A stretch of 63,924 bases of DNA, counting the filler, from Octopus bimaculoides (lineage: Eukaryota): the NCBI RefSeq assembly GCF_001194135.2. It is 6 parts of 6 records of this genome, joined end to end, with 100 filler letters (N's around TTAATTAATTAA, not from the genome) between each part and the next. Parts side by side here need not be neighbours in the genome. Positions count along the whole stretch, not along the records: positions 1 to 25,701 come from NC_068985.1; 5 more parts are not named here. One strand, written 5' to 3'. The notes under the pieces are model-generated. The model was not told the DNA's origin. It was given only the letters and a program-made list of their open reading frames with translations, and ran no database searches. The position numbers and the translations under genes are program-made. Below are positions 12,753 through 25,261 of the stretch, one piece after another (within the stretch, counting starts at the first letter, position 1; every line of letters starts with the position of its first letter).

Positions 12753-13165
12753 TGTCTGCACATATGTCTGTTTTATCTCTTTATTACTCTCTATCAAATA
12801 CTTTGCTTTTCCATCTCTGACTTTCCCTCTAACATTTTTCTCCGTCAATCTCTATTTATTTCCCTGTCTGCCCGACGACACTCTGTCTTTCTCTTCCCTC
12901 GTAACTGCACCCGCTACTCTCTCAGTTGTTCTGTAATTTCTCTGCTTAGCTATTTCATGTCTTTAATCTTTTCCAACCATCGATTGCTTTCATCTTGTAG
13001 TAGCACCCACCCAGCCCCAACCTCCTCTCTACCTCTCTACTTCTCCACTTGCTATCCACTTTTATCCTCCTCTTGTATTTTATTTACTTCTTTTTCTCTC
13101 CATCACTGTCTGTCTGTNNNNNNNNNNATATATATATAAAATGAATGTCTGGATGTACATATGGA

Positions 13166-13209
<44 letters not shown>

Positions 13210-13444
13210 TAGATATTATATATAATATATAATATATATATATGTTATATGCACACAATCTGTGTAGATACAGACACACCTATAAACACATGCACACACA
13301 CACACATGCAAACATACATGCATACATATACAATATGCAAACTGAAAACATTTTTTAGCTATACACATACGTACACATGAATACAATGCATTTAAAACAA
13401 ATATATTCATATTTATTCCTGCATTATTACATATGCATACATAC

Positions 13445-13475
<31 letters not shown>

Positions 13476-14574
13476 TGTATGAATGTGTGTGTATATATAT
13501 ATGTATATATATATGTATATATATATATATATATATATANNNNNNNNNNNNNNNNNNNNNNNNNNNNNNNNNNNNNNNNNNNNNNNNNNNNNNNNNNNNN
13601 NNNNNNNNNNNNNNNNNNNNNNNNNNNNNNNNNNNNNNNNNNNNNNNNNNNNNNNNNNNNNNNNNNNNNNNNNNNNNNNNNNNNNNNNNNNNNNNNNNNN
13701 NNNNNNNNNNNNNNNNNNNNNNNNNNNNNNNNNNNNNNNNNNNNNNNNNNNNNNNNNNNNNNNNNNNNNNNNNNNNNNNNNNNNNNNNNNNNNNNNNNNN
13801 NNNNNNNNNNNNNNNNNNNNNNNNNNNNNNNNNNNNNNNNNNNNNNNNNNNNNNNNNNNNNNNNNNNNNNNNNNNNNNNNNNNNNNNNNNNNNNNNNNNN
13901 NNNNNNNNNNNNNNNNNNNNNNNNNNNNNNNNNNNNNNNNNNNNNNNNNNNNNNNNNNNNNNNNNNNNNNNNNNNNNNNNNNNNNNNNNNNNNNNNNNNN
14001 NNNNNNNNNNNNNNNNNNNNNNNNNNNNNNNNNNNNNNNNNNNNNNNNNNNNNNNNNNNNNNNNNNNNNNNNNNNNNNNNNNNNNNNNNNNNNNNNNNNN
14101 NNNNNNNNNNNNNNNNNNNNNNNNNNNNNNNNNNNNNNNNNNNNNNNNNNNNNNNNNNNNNNNNNNNNNNNNNNNNNNNNNNNNNNNNNNNNNNNNNNNN
14201 NNNNNNNNNNNNNNNNNNNNNNNNNNNNNNNNNNNNNNNNNNNNNNNNNNNNNNNNNNNNNNNNNNNNNNNNNNNNNNNNNNNNNNNNNNNNNNNNNNNN
14301 NNNNNNNNNNNNNNNNNNNNNNNNNNNNNNNNNNNNNNNNNNNNNNNNNNNNNNNNNNNNNNNNNNNNNNNNNNNNNNNNNNNNNNNNNNNNNNNNNNNN
14401 NNNNNNNNNNNNNNNNNNNNNNNNNNNNNNNNNNNNNNCCCCTTTTTTTTCCTTCCCCTCCCAAAAAGAAAAGCTCTACATTGTATTTGTCCCATCTTCG
14501 TTGAGCTCTGTGTGGCTAATAAAAGAAATGTATCTATGTATGTATGTATGTATGTATGTATGTATGTATGTATG

Positions 14575-14651
<77 letters not shown>

Positions 14652-14700
14652 TTGTGTCTGTCTGTCTGTCTCTTTTTCTGTCTCTTTCTCCCTCTATCTT
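12440..14700. repeat. Compound microsatellites (CTGT, CTTT, TA, TATG, CTAT) around a gap
   Basis: Simple repeats; N-run 13540-14437. Confidence 0.9.
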
Positions 14701-14789
14701 CCTTCGTACCTTTCTCTCATAAGTCTTTAATCCTTTAACTTCATGTTCCATTTATTTACGTCTACCAATTCAATGTTTCAACATTACAC

Positions 14790-15098
14790 CGATATCATTA
14801 ATATCAGCATCAACGTCATCAACATCAGCGACACCATCTATAATGTAGCTATCGTTTTCATTACCATTACCTTCATCACCGCCTTTACCATCGTGACTAT
14901 GAGCGCCACCACCGCCACCACCTTTATCATATTACTATCATGGACATCACCATCATCACCACCAACACTACATTATCAATATCATAAGCATTATAGGCTT
15001 CACCACTACCACCACTATGACCATCGTAACTATTACCATCATCATCGCCACTTTCATAACCGCCATCATCATCATCCCTATCATCATCATTACCATCG

Positions 15099-15133
<35 letters not shown>

Positions 15134-15160
15134 GTCGTCGTCGTCGTCGTCGTCATTTTG
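14790..15160. repeat. (CAT/CAC/CGT)n low-complexity tract
   Basis: Degenerate trinucleotide repeats. Confidence 0.9.
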
Positions 15161-15439
15161 TTGTTTTCTTTGTTGTCGCGCCTCTTTCCACTCCTTCCTC
15201 CCGTTTCTTCCTCTTCCTCTTCCTCTTACACTTTACTTTTAGTCTTGTTGTTATAGCTGTTATAAGTTTCCATATTTCTTTTCATATTTAATACGTTGGA
15301 TGCGCACGCGCACTCCACCGTTTCTTCCTTTCATCTTTGTTCTCGCCGACATTTTAACTGTTGTAGTGTTGCTTATTATAATTTCGTATTCTCCATAATC
15401 CTCTTGTTTCCTATGTTTGTCTAAACTAAAACATCACAT

Positions 15440-15453
15440 TACTACTACTACTA

Positions 15454-15484
<31 letters not shown>

Positions 15485-15485
15485 G

Positions 15486-15549
<64 letters not shown>

Positions 15550-15556
15550 CACCACC
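15440..15556. repeat. (CTA)n(CCA)n microsatellite
   Basis: Visible repeat abutting the Tx1 3-prime end. Confidence 0.98.
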
Positions 15557-16345
15557 TCAATAGGGAGGAGACGTTCGAGGGCTGCTCATGGAAAACCCCA
15601 TAAAAAAAACCTGGATAACCTGTCTTTTGGGGCATGTGTCTTTTTTCCTTTCCCTTTTTGCCAACTCTGGGCAGGCCCGTTCATTCGCACCATTCTTGCC
15701 ATTTTCATCCAACTTTCAGCAAACTGGCTAGAAGACAACACTTCCCCCCTCTTTACTATTATTTTCCTTTTCAAGCGAAACTTGAAGTTCATCAGGGATT
15801 GGCCAAAGAGAAAAGTGTTTGTCTTCAACACCTCGAATCTCGTCCACAATACAATCTCTTTCGCCATGGCCACCAGGCATATAAAAACAGCCTTCCCTCC
15901 CGGCTAAAGGAAGGCGGCGGGGCGATCTTCACGATGGATTCGGTTGACAGCCAGATCCGTTCCACACGCGACAGCAGGTGTTCGATATAAACTCACAGGT
16001 CAGCAATGCTCGAGCACTGGACGAGTGCATACAGGGCCGTCTGGTCGTCCGACGCGCCTCTTGGACATGCTCGGCTGACGGCACTTCCGTTCGTGTAAAG
16101 TTTATCTCGAACAGACAAAGCTCCCCGGTAGCACTGCCAAGCCAGAGATTTTTGGAAATTATCCATCGGTCCCGGCCCAATAGTTATCCGGAAAAAGAGC
16201 GACTAGCAGATCTTCTTCGACGCCCAAGATCTCCCCAAGAACATCGTTGCACTTTTCCTAGCCTCAGCGCATTCTGCGCATCATGAACTACAGCATGCCC
16301 AGGTCACCACGCAGCGGGCTCTGACAGAAGATAGACCGCCTGAGC
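15557..16345 (-). mobile_element. Tx1/L1-clade LINE, 5-prime truncated, decayed ORF2 C-terminus (zf-RVT region)
   Basis: Minus-strand translation PMDNFQKSLAWQCYRGALSVRDKLYTNGSAVSRACPRGASDDQTALYALVQCSSIADL*VYIEHLL...KAVFICLVAMAKEIVLWTR, with a stop and frameshifts; pattern typical of Tx1 ORF2 ends. Confidence 0.8.
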
Positions 16346-16349
16346 ATCG

Positions 16350-16460
16350 GAATTTTTCATCCCTCGACGGAATTTGAACTCAGAACGTAGCAACGGGCGA
16401 AATACCGCTAAGCATTTTGTCCAGCGTGCTAACGATTCTACTAGCTTGCCGCCTTAATAA
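16350..16460 (-). mobile_element. SINE family A head half
   Basis: GGAATTTGAACTCAGAACGTAG...GCGTGCTAACGATTCTACTAGCTTGCCGCCTT. Confidence 0.9.
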
Positions 16461-16489
16461 CAACAACAATTATGATAATAATGATGTAC

Positions 16490-17372
16490 AAAAAGGACAT
16501 AAAGAAGAATTATGCAACAAGGGACTACATGATCAATTCCATGCAGCCACAATAGAAGTTGCTGGAAAAAGTAGTGGGATTGGCTGATGAAAGTAAGTTT
16601 AAGAAAAGAGACCGACAGCATTATCCTGGCAGCTCAAGACCAAGCTTTGGCCACGAACTGGAGGGTCAACCTTTGGAATGAGCAAGTGTCTCTGCTGTGC
16701 CGCATCTGTAATAGAGTGACGAAACCATTGCCCATATCACGATCGAATGCCCTAAGTCTTTTTCCAAACCACTACAAGTTGTGGCGAAACGATAAGGTAG
16801 CGAAAGTGTTACATTGGAAACTGTGCGAAAAGTGGGGGCTAGAGAGAGGCAAGACGTGGCTGACTCGGAGACTGGCTGACTCGGAGACTGGTTGACTCGG
16901 AGACTGGCTGACTCGGAGACTAGCAAAATCCTCTGGGATTTCCCAATCCAAATGGATCAGATTCTAGAGCATAACAGACTGGACATAGTGGTGCACCAAA
17001 TATACTATATAGTTGACGTTGCATGTCCCTTTGACCCACGAATAGTCAAAAAGGAAGACGAAAGAATAGATAGACACAACCCTCTTAAGTACGAAATAGC
17101 CTGGCTATGGAAAATGAAGGTGAAGATATTGCCAATCAGTGTTGGGTCCTTGGAAACAGTATCAGAAAGCGTCAAGAGGAATATAAAGAAAATTGGAATA
17201 GAGTGACCAGTAGAACTGTTACAAAAGGTTTTCATCCATGGCACGGCCAGAATAATCAGGAAAATATTACATAATTGAAAAGAACAGATAGCATGGTACC
17301 GTAGGCTGCGGGCAGCAAGCCTGCTACGCATGCAAGACACCAGGAGCTTCAACAAAACCTGTGATAAAAATA
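16490..17372 (+). mobile_element. R4/Dong-like LINE, 5-prime truncated: CCHC finger plus restriction-like endonuclease, decayed
   Basis: GLHDQF...ETDSIILAAQDQALATN...CRIC...HITIEC...RNDKVAKVLHWKLC...ILWDFPIQMDQILEHNRLDIVV...IVDVACPFD...YEIAWLWK...LQK..HGTARIIRKIL; ends in (TAA)n. Confidence 0.85.
16858..16921 (+). repeat. 16-bp minisatellite x4 (GGCTGACTCGGAGACT) inside the Dong-like ORF
   Basis: Four tandem copies, one with a C>T change. Confidence 0.9.

Positions 17373-17418
<46 letters not shown>
17371..17418. repeat. (TAA)n shared tail of the LINE and SINE-A
   Basis: About 16 units. Confidence 0.98.
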
Positions 17419-17612
17419 GTTTCACATTTTGGCACAAGGCCAGCAATTTCCGGGATAAGTCGATTGCATCGACCCCCAGCGTTCAACTGGTTTTTATCGA
17501 TCCTGAAAGGATGAAAGGCAAAGTCGCTCATGGCGGAATTTGAACTCAGGACGTAATGACGGATCACTGAATATTTTGTCCGCCGTGCTTTACGATTCTA
17601 CCAGCTCGCCAT
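17419..17612 (-). mobile_element. SINE family A
   Basis: GGCACAAGGCCAGCAATTT...AAGTCGATTGCATCGACCCCCAG...GAAAGGATGAAAGGCAAAGTCG...GGAATTTGAACTCAG...CGATTCTACCAGCTCGCC. Confidence 0.9.
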
Positions 17613-17990
17613 GGCTGACAACATGTGCATCTCTGATTACGAGAAGAAGTAGCAGGGGAGCATCATAGCCATTTGTTGAGAGGAATTCTTTGGGGTTTGA
17701 ATAATTTACCTCTGGAAACATAAGCGTTTCGTTCATCATCCTTAAAAAAAACACATTCAGAGACCTTTTGAGCGGGATTGACCTGAAGAAAATTCTAACT
17801 GGGCCCCACCAGCAAAGTCATGCGCTGTTTATCTCGAGATGAGATCACCATGTCACGCACGTATGGTTATGATTCATGTGCCTCGTGTTCACTTATCTGA
17901 CGGGTAGTCATGATGGGTATATTGGCCTTCGTATATTTGTACCCCAGCGTCACTTTGATGGCACGTGCTGCTTTCTCACTCAAAAATAAT
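17613..17990. mobile_element. Probable octopus interspersed repeat, class unassigned
   Basis: Recognised from memory as a recurrent cephalopod repeat (GTGCATCTCTGATTACGAG...CTGGGCCCCACC...CTGACGGGTAGTCATGATGGGTAT); no second copy in this window. Confidence 0.35.
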
Positions 17991-18273
17991 AATAAATGCC
18001 TTGATGATAGTCTCATATTATTACTTGTTCTGATCCATAGCTCACTTCCTGCGCTCGCAACGATTCATCAACCAAGTAAAAGTGGAAGTTTCAGTGAAGG
18101 AGTTCTTCGCTTTGAAAGTCAAGAACTGGTATATGGATGGGATCAAAGAACAGGTAGAAAGGTTGGCTTCAGATGTCACCTCTTCCTTGAAAACTAGGCT
18201 GTGTTCGTTGTATCATGGCGAATAAAGCAAAAAAGTTACCAAAATATTGCAAAACATTTGACTCAACACAATA

Positions 18274-18556
18274 TCTCTAATATATAAAATAGAGATGTGT
18301 GTGTATTCGCTTATCACATGAAAACGGCTTCACCATTTACTTCCATACTTGTGATGCATGAATAATTTGACCTCGGATAAATGTTAGGCTCTTCATTTGA
18401 TTTTTTTAATTAAAAATAAATAATATTGCTTCATATTTATGATTCACTTCTTTAAAAAGCTTCCTCAATGTCAACATCCGGTATTGACGTAAATGCTTAC
18501 ATACTTGTGATGAAATGTCAACTTCCGGTATTGACGTAGCGTGCATGTAGTATTTA

Positions 18557-18587
<31 letters not shown>

Positions 18588-19089
18588 ATACACACGCACA
18601 CACACACTCACACACAAAGATCTATGCATATTTATGCATGTACGTATACATNNNNNNNNNNNNNNNNNNNNNNNNNNNNNNNNNNNNNNNNNNNNNNNNN
18701 NNNNNNNNNNNNNNNNNNNNNNNNNNNNNNNNNNNNNNNNNNNNNNNNNNNNNNNNNNNNNNNNNNNNNNNNNNNNNNNNNNNNNNNNNNNNNNNNNNNN
18801 NNNNGGGTTCCACAATCGCCATTTATTTCAATTACTCTTGTGAGGATATTGACGTAAATCATTTTTTTCATTTAATCTCCACTTTAATTTTCGTAAAAGT
18901 TTCCAAGTACCAATGAGGCTTTTTGGCGCATCTTCAATTTTCCCATTCATGAGAGGCGCCCACCCATCATTCATCTGAGAGTCCATCTACAGAATGTCCT
19001 CAAATTTCTATACAGCATATTTTGCTTTTTTTTCATCCAATATATAAGCAACAATTTCATTCCCGAGCAACGCCGGGTGCCTCTGCTAG
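18274..19089 (+). mobile_element. Non-autonomous Helitron
   Basis: 5-prime A|TCTCTAATATATAAAA...TGTGTGTGT; 3-prime hairpin CCCGAGCAACGCCGGG (19062-19077) followed by CTAG|T; inserted between A and T with no TSD. Confidence 0.85.
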
Positions 19090-19101
19090 TATTTAATAAA
19101 A

Positions 19102-19189
19102 TTTAAAGCTGATAATTTAATCCGTCGCTACTCTGAGTTTCCCGCATTTATGCGAGCGTTCGGCGACAGAAGAAATCATCAGCTTCAAA
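19102..19189. repeat. Imperfect hairpin, 28-bp arms
   Basis: TTTAAAGCTGATAATTTAATCCGTCGCT versus reverse complement TTTGAAGCTGATGATTTCTTCTGTCGCC (22/28); most mismatches become G-U pairs on the minus strand. Confidence 0.7.
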
Positions 19190-19538
19190 CGTACTACGTA
19201 CTACTCGTATTTCCTTCCTTTGTAGACATACGGAGATACAAAAAACATAAAAAACACATAGTATAGACAGGCGAAAACATCTCTAAATATAATGAAGATT
19301 GTTATAAGAAATCATTTCGGTCATACGATTAACACCGCTCACTTGCTATCCCTTCATATTCTGGAAATCCAGTTGTAAACATCATACAATTATATCCGTG
19401 TAAATGTGAAGTTATTTATGTGTTGAAAATTTTTGTTTGTGTATGTGTATAATGTGTATGTGTCCATGAATGTGTATGTAAATGTTTAGCCAGGTATGTG
19501 TATGCATATTACATATTTGTAGGTATGTATTTTAATAC

Positions 19539-19539
<1 letters not shown>

Positions 19540-19626
<87 letters not shown>

Positions 19627-19959
19627 TCTGTCTGCCTGTCTGTCTGTCTGTCTATCTGTCTGTCTGTCTCTCTCGCTCTCTTACTCTCTCTCTATATATC
19701 TCTCTACCTGTCTGTCTGTCTATGTAAGTGTACGCGTTGTGTGTGTATGTCCAAGCTTGTGTATACGACTACGTGTATGTAAATGTATGTGTGAACCATT
19801 TCTCGATGTCTTTGTGTAGGTCTTCATTAGAGGAACTACAGATAACTTTGAAGTTGTGTAAATATTTAGATACGTTCAGATGTTCACATACACACATACA
19901 CAAACGCATGCGCATAAATATACACAGACACTCAAATACACACTAACATACTTCCTTAC

Positions 19960-20028
<69 letters not shown>
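19540..20028. repeat. (CTAT)/(CTGT) microsatellites
   Basis: Simple repeats. Confidence 0.9.
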
Positions 20029-20877
20029 GAAGGCTAGTTATGAGATAATAAGTCACTCACAATTAAAGGAATGAGAAGGGAGAGACATGGAGAATAATAT
20101 TATATATTGCATTAATGTAGAATAAAAATTTATTCGTTGCAGATGGCTATGTGCTTTGCTTTGTAAAAGCTTTGAAATATCATCTCGCAAAAATAATGAA
20201 AATATTTATATTTATAAATATTCATAGCAGCAAATGCAATAAGTATGAATAGAAATTCATATTCGGAGTAATAATACGTTTGTATATAATGAACTAAAAG
20301 GAACTGGTATTGGAAAATAAGGATATTATCTTCGTCTTCTCATTCACTTCCACACACCACCACATTTTCATGACGGATGTATAACACAAATTGTTGAAAA
20401 TTTATGAAAGTGAAGCTGATTCTTAAAAATAATGATTTTCTTTTTACAGTTTCGTGAATTCATCTGACTGCAATTTGTTTTCAACTATAATAATACAGAT
20501 TATAATAATACACAAGATTAATTCAGGTCAAAGTAGCTCAAAGTTTGTTTACTTTTAGTAATGCTTATGCCGAATTAGTAGGTTCAGCATGGTAGCACGC
20601 TGCACTGGGATAATAATAACCATATGCAACACAACGAACTTGCACTGCCCTGCAATTTTTGTTGATGTTTCACTGATATGTGATCTTGGGATTTGGTGGT
20701 GACATTTCGTGATGTTAAAACAAACACTTTTGGACGTACACAAGGCTAAAGACAAACTCATTGCATTTTCTTTGAGATATAATTTTGATGTAAATTCTAA
20801 ATCATCTGTCGGTGCAAAGAAAGCGTGTGAGGGCTGCAAAGGATATCGTCGAGGTCGTAACGCAGTAGTTTATCCAT

Positions 20878-20917
20878 CAACGATCGTGTAGTAACAACGA
20901 TCGTGTAGTAACAACGT
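20878..20917. repeat. 18-bp tandem duplication (CAACGATCGTGTAGTAA-type unit)
   Basis: caacgatcgtgtagtaacaacgatcgtgtagtaacaacg. Confidence 0.9.
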
Positions 20918-21894
20918 CCGTCCGTAGCGTATGTAAAAAACAGTACTGTGGCCAAGCTTACAAGGCATATGCAAACCAAAAATTTCGAATCTAACGATGG
21001 GTGGTTATGACGATTTAGAAATCGTCGTGGGATGAGTAATAAGACTATCAACCGAAGAAATAGAACCATCCAGGAAGAAGTTATATGATTTGATTAAGTG
21101 CAAAAAAACTCCTTATTTCTCAACAGTTGGATGAAACTGGATTATAATGGTGGTAACTAACTAGTCTGGAATCCTCAAGATTCTAAGAATGAATCCTCCA
21201 CACTTTGTCATAAATGTAGAAAGATTATCGATCTTGTGATGTACGATTGCAGACTGAAGTTAGTGGTGGTAGTGATGGGAATATCAGTATGCCCGCACAA
21301 ATTAAAAAAGCCATAATGCACCAGCTACTAGTACATTATTGCTATTCCAAGATATTATAGTTCATCACGCAAATCTTTAAGGACTGGCTTTTCTTGTATT
21401 TCATCCCTACAGAGTATAAAATAGCAGGAAGGTTTTAACTAATGAGGTGAAAGCGCTACAACTTTGGACAATGTACATGTTTACTCAGGTGGCCGTCTGC
21501 TTGTCAGTAACGATGGTAACATGAGGTCATGTTCTTGACATGAGTACGGGAATGAAATTTGCTTAGCGGGTGCAAACCCAGTTTTTCAGGAGGATATTCA
21601 AAGTGTTTTCACTGCTCCACCCCAATTTTAGGAGGCGCGCTTGCACTCCCTGCAACCCCTGTTCTGAGCCTGTGGTTCTTGACACTCAATGTTTCCTCCA
21701 CGACCTGGCAGACAGATTAAAATATAATGGTAGACTGCAAAAGACTATATCTAATACATGAATGTTGATAGCGTGGAGATAGAAATGGAATGTATTAGGG
21801 AAGACATACAAAGACATTGAGCTCTCAGTAACACCAAGAACTGGTAACCCCAAGTCTGTAAAACTGCTTTCAAATTTTGGCATAAAGCCAGTAG

Positions 21895-22045
21895 TTTGGG
21901 GGGTGGGGGTGGATAAATCGATTACATCTATGCCAGTATTTAACTGATACTTATTTTATCGGCGGCATTTGAACTCAGAACGTAAAAACAGGAGAAATAC
22001 TGCTAAGCGCTTTCTCGGTGTACTAACGATTCTACCAGGTCACTG
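21895..22045 (-). mobile_element. SINE family A with internal deletion
   Basis: AAATCGATTACATC...GATACTTATTTTATCG...TTTGAACTCAGAACGTA...CTAACGATTCTACCAG. Confidence 0.8.
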
Positions 22046-22703
22046 TCTTTCGAGGCTGTAATATTCATATTTAAATTTATAGTCTTATGGAAGGCACTGA
22101 AGACTACAACTTTAGCAAATAGATGAAAAAGAAATTCTGTACGGTGTAGAGATGGAATACGATTTTGAAGGTGTCGAAAGGACGTGTCTTCAGAGAGAGG
22201 GCAGGACTGGTATTATAGAAAAGGACACCAGACCCTAGTTAGAAGATAGAGAGAAGAACACTGGGTACCAAGTGCTAATAGAAGAAATGGATCGGTTCAG
22301 TGCGCAATATATTGTTTAGAATGCAGCTCTTAGTAATCCCTTTAAACTCCCTCCGTTGCGTGATCCCATAGGGTCGTATGCGGTCTGTGAAAGGTTATAA
22401 CGTAATATAAAGGAGCACATCAATGATGAAAGTCAAAACACAGACATGAATTTGGTATTCTTTTACTGCATCTGTTACATGTTTTTGTATTCGGTAAATT
22501 AATTGATGATATCACAGAGACGGAATACGTATTTCGTCTCTGCCCCTGGACGTGTTCGGTCCTATTATGTATACTGCTCTTGTAAGTTGCACCTGTGGAT
22601 TGCATGTATTGTGTGACATCATTAATTAATTGCCTGTTACAGAAACATTTGTAACAGATGTAATACAGGAATGCCAACAGAATGTACATGCTGTTCTTTT
22701 CAT

Positions 22704-23819
22704 TACACACACACACACACACACACGCACACACACACACACACACACACACGTGTGCACACGCACGCACACACACGCACACACACACACACGTGTGCAC
22801 ACGCACACACACACGCACACACACACGCACNNNNNNNNNNNNNNNNNNNNNNNNNNNNNNNNNNNNNNNNNNNNNNNNNNNNNNNNNNNNNNNNNNNNNN
22901 NNNNNNNNNNNNNNNNNNNNNNNNNNNNNNNNNNNNNNNNNNNNNNNNNNNNNNNNNNNNNNNNNNNNNNNNNNNNNNNNNNNNNNNNNNNNNNNNNNNN
23001 NNNNNNNNNNNNNNNNNNNNNNNNNNNNNNNNNNNNNNNNNNNNNNNNNNNNNNNNNNNNNNNNNNNNNNNNNNNNNNNNNNNNNNNNNNNNNNNNNNNN
23101 NNNNNNNNNNNNNNNNNNNNNNNNNNNNNNNNNNNNNNNNNNNNNNNNNNNNNNNNNNNNNNNNNNNNNNNNNNNNNNNNNNNNNNNNNNNNNNNNNNNN
23201 NNNNNNNNNNNNNNNNNNNNNNNNNNNNNNNNNNNNNNNNNNNNNNNNNNNNNNNNNNNNNNNNNNNNNNNNNNNNNNNNNNNNNNNNNNNNNNNNNNNN
23301 NNNNNNNNNNNNNNNNNNNNNNNNNNNNNNNNNNNNNNNNNNNNNNNNNNNNNNNNNNNNNNNNNNNNNNNNNNNNNNNNNNNNNNNNNNNNNNNNNNNN
23401 NNNNNNNNNNNNNNNNNNNNNNNNNNNNNNNNNNNNNNNNNNNNNNNNNNNNNNNNNNNNNNNNNNNNNNNNNNNNNNNNNNNNNNNNNNNNNNNNNNNN
23501 NNNNNNNNNNNNNNNNNNNNNNNNNNNNNNNNNNNNNNNNNNNNNNNNNNNNNNNNNNNNNNNNNNNNNNNNNNNNNNNNNNNNNNNNNNNNNNNNNNNN
23601 NNNNNNNNNNNNNNNNNNNNNNNNNNNNNNNNNNNNNNNNNNNNNNNNNNNNNNNNNNNNNNNNNNNNNNNNNNNNNNNNNNNNNNNNNNNNNNNNNNNN
23701 NNNNNNNNNNNNNNNNNNNNNNNNNNNNNNNNNNNNNNNNNNNNNNNNNNNNNNNNNNNNNNNNNNNNNNNNNNNNNNNNNNNNNNNNNNNNNNNNNNNN
23801 NNNNNNNNNNNNNNNNNNN

Positions 23820-23898
<79 letters not shown>

Positions 23899-24270
23899 AC
23901 CATACCATGTGTGAGAACTGAATGAATAGGTGACCTGAAATTTGTAGGCACCCCATTGGTCATCTGACAAGTCGCAACAATACTAACCACTCCAAAATAT
24001 TTAATTTCTTTATTCTTGGTGTTTTTAATTCTCCTTCCCACTCAGTTCTCAATTACTATTACTCTCATCTTTATTTCTTCTTCTTCTTCTTCTTCTTCTT
24101 CTTCTTCTTCTTCTTCTTCTTCTTCTTTTTTTTCTTCTTCTTTTTCTTCTTCTTCTTCTTCTTCTTCTTCTTTTTGTTGTTGTTGTTGTTGTTGTTGTTG
24201 TTCTTCTTCTTCTTCTTCTTCTTCTTCTTCTTCTTCTTCTTCTTCTTCTTCTTCTTCTTCTTCTTCTTCT
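22704..24270. repeat. (CA)/(TG), (TTC)n and (TTG)n microsatellites around gaps
   Basis: Simple repeats. Confidence 0.95.
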
Positions 24271-25217
24271 NNNNNNNNNNNNNNNNNNNNNNNNNNNNNN
24301 NNNNNNNNNNNNNNNNNNNNNNNNNNNNNNNNNNNNNNNNNNNNNNNNNNNNNNNNNNNNNNNNNNNNNNNNNNNNNNNNNNNNNNNNNNNNNNNNNNNN
24401 NNNNNNNNNNNNNNNNNNNNNNNNNNNNNNNNNNNNNNNNNNNNNNNNNNNNNNNNNNNNNNNNNNNNNNNNNNNNNNNNNNNNNNNNNNNNNNNNNNNN
24501 NNNNNNNNNNNNNNNNNNNNNNNNNNNNNNNNNNNNNNNNNNNNNNNNNNNNNNNNNNNNNTGAAGCTTGAAACTTATACCAGAGTAACTCATTGTAAAC
24601 ATTATGATTAGAATAAAAATTATCCCTCCAAAAGACATCTCTACTCATTTTTTCAAACATATAATACAGTACCAAGGACTTTCTTTTTATTATTCTACTA
24701 TGCATGTATAAATGTCTGCCTCTTTTCTTATCTTGGCTACTGCCAAGCCAGCACGAACTTCTTCTCTCTCCCTTCCAGTTCGTCTCATCACAGCGTTCAG
24801 TATACATATATATTTTTTCACGTCTGGCCCTACTAACCCTTCTTACTTATTTTCACTGTTTCGTTTTCCTGTCATGTTTTCTGTTCGCCAAGATATTCCT
24901 CGCATTACAAATTTAATTTGTTTCCGCGGGAAGAGCCATTCTAGCAATGCGTCCTGCCCTAACTCTTCGAAACGCTTAGTTTTAGAATGGTGGCAGCTAA
25001 TGAAGGAAATGTTCTCTATGTGGCCTGTGTGCTTTCTGTGCTCTCTTTATGTTCTGCTTCTCATTTTGTCCACGTTTTTTTCGTGACGTCCTGTACCCAG
25101 ATATGCATCTATACATACATGTAGATGTAGGTATGTACATACATGTACGTATATATGCATATACTCACATATTATTTGTACACAAATATACACATACATA
25201 CATACATACATGCACAC

Positions 25218-25259
<42 letters not shown>

Positions 25260-25261
25260 GA

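Noticed and set aside
14743-15291. His/Ile/Thr-rich ORFs
   Set aside because: Translations of (CAT)n low-complexity DNA.
16858-16921. Short direct repeats as a CRISPR-like array (also 20878, 41058)
   Set aside because: No spacers, eukaryotic context; simple tandem repeats.
24700-25050. 124-aa plus ORF and a faint RTE-endonuclease-like phrase on the minus strand
   Set aside because: Similarity too weak to call; the plus ORF is unrecognisable.
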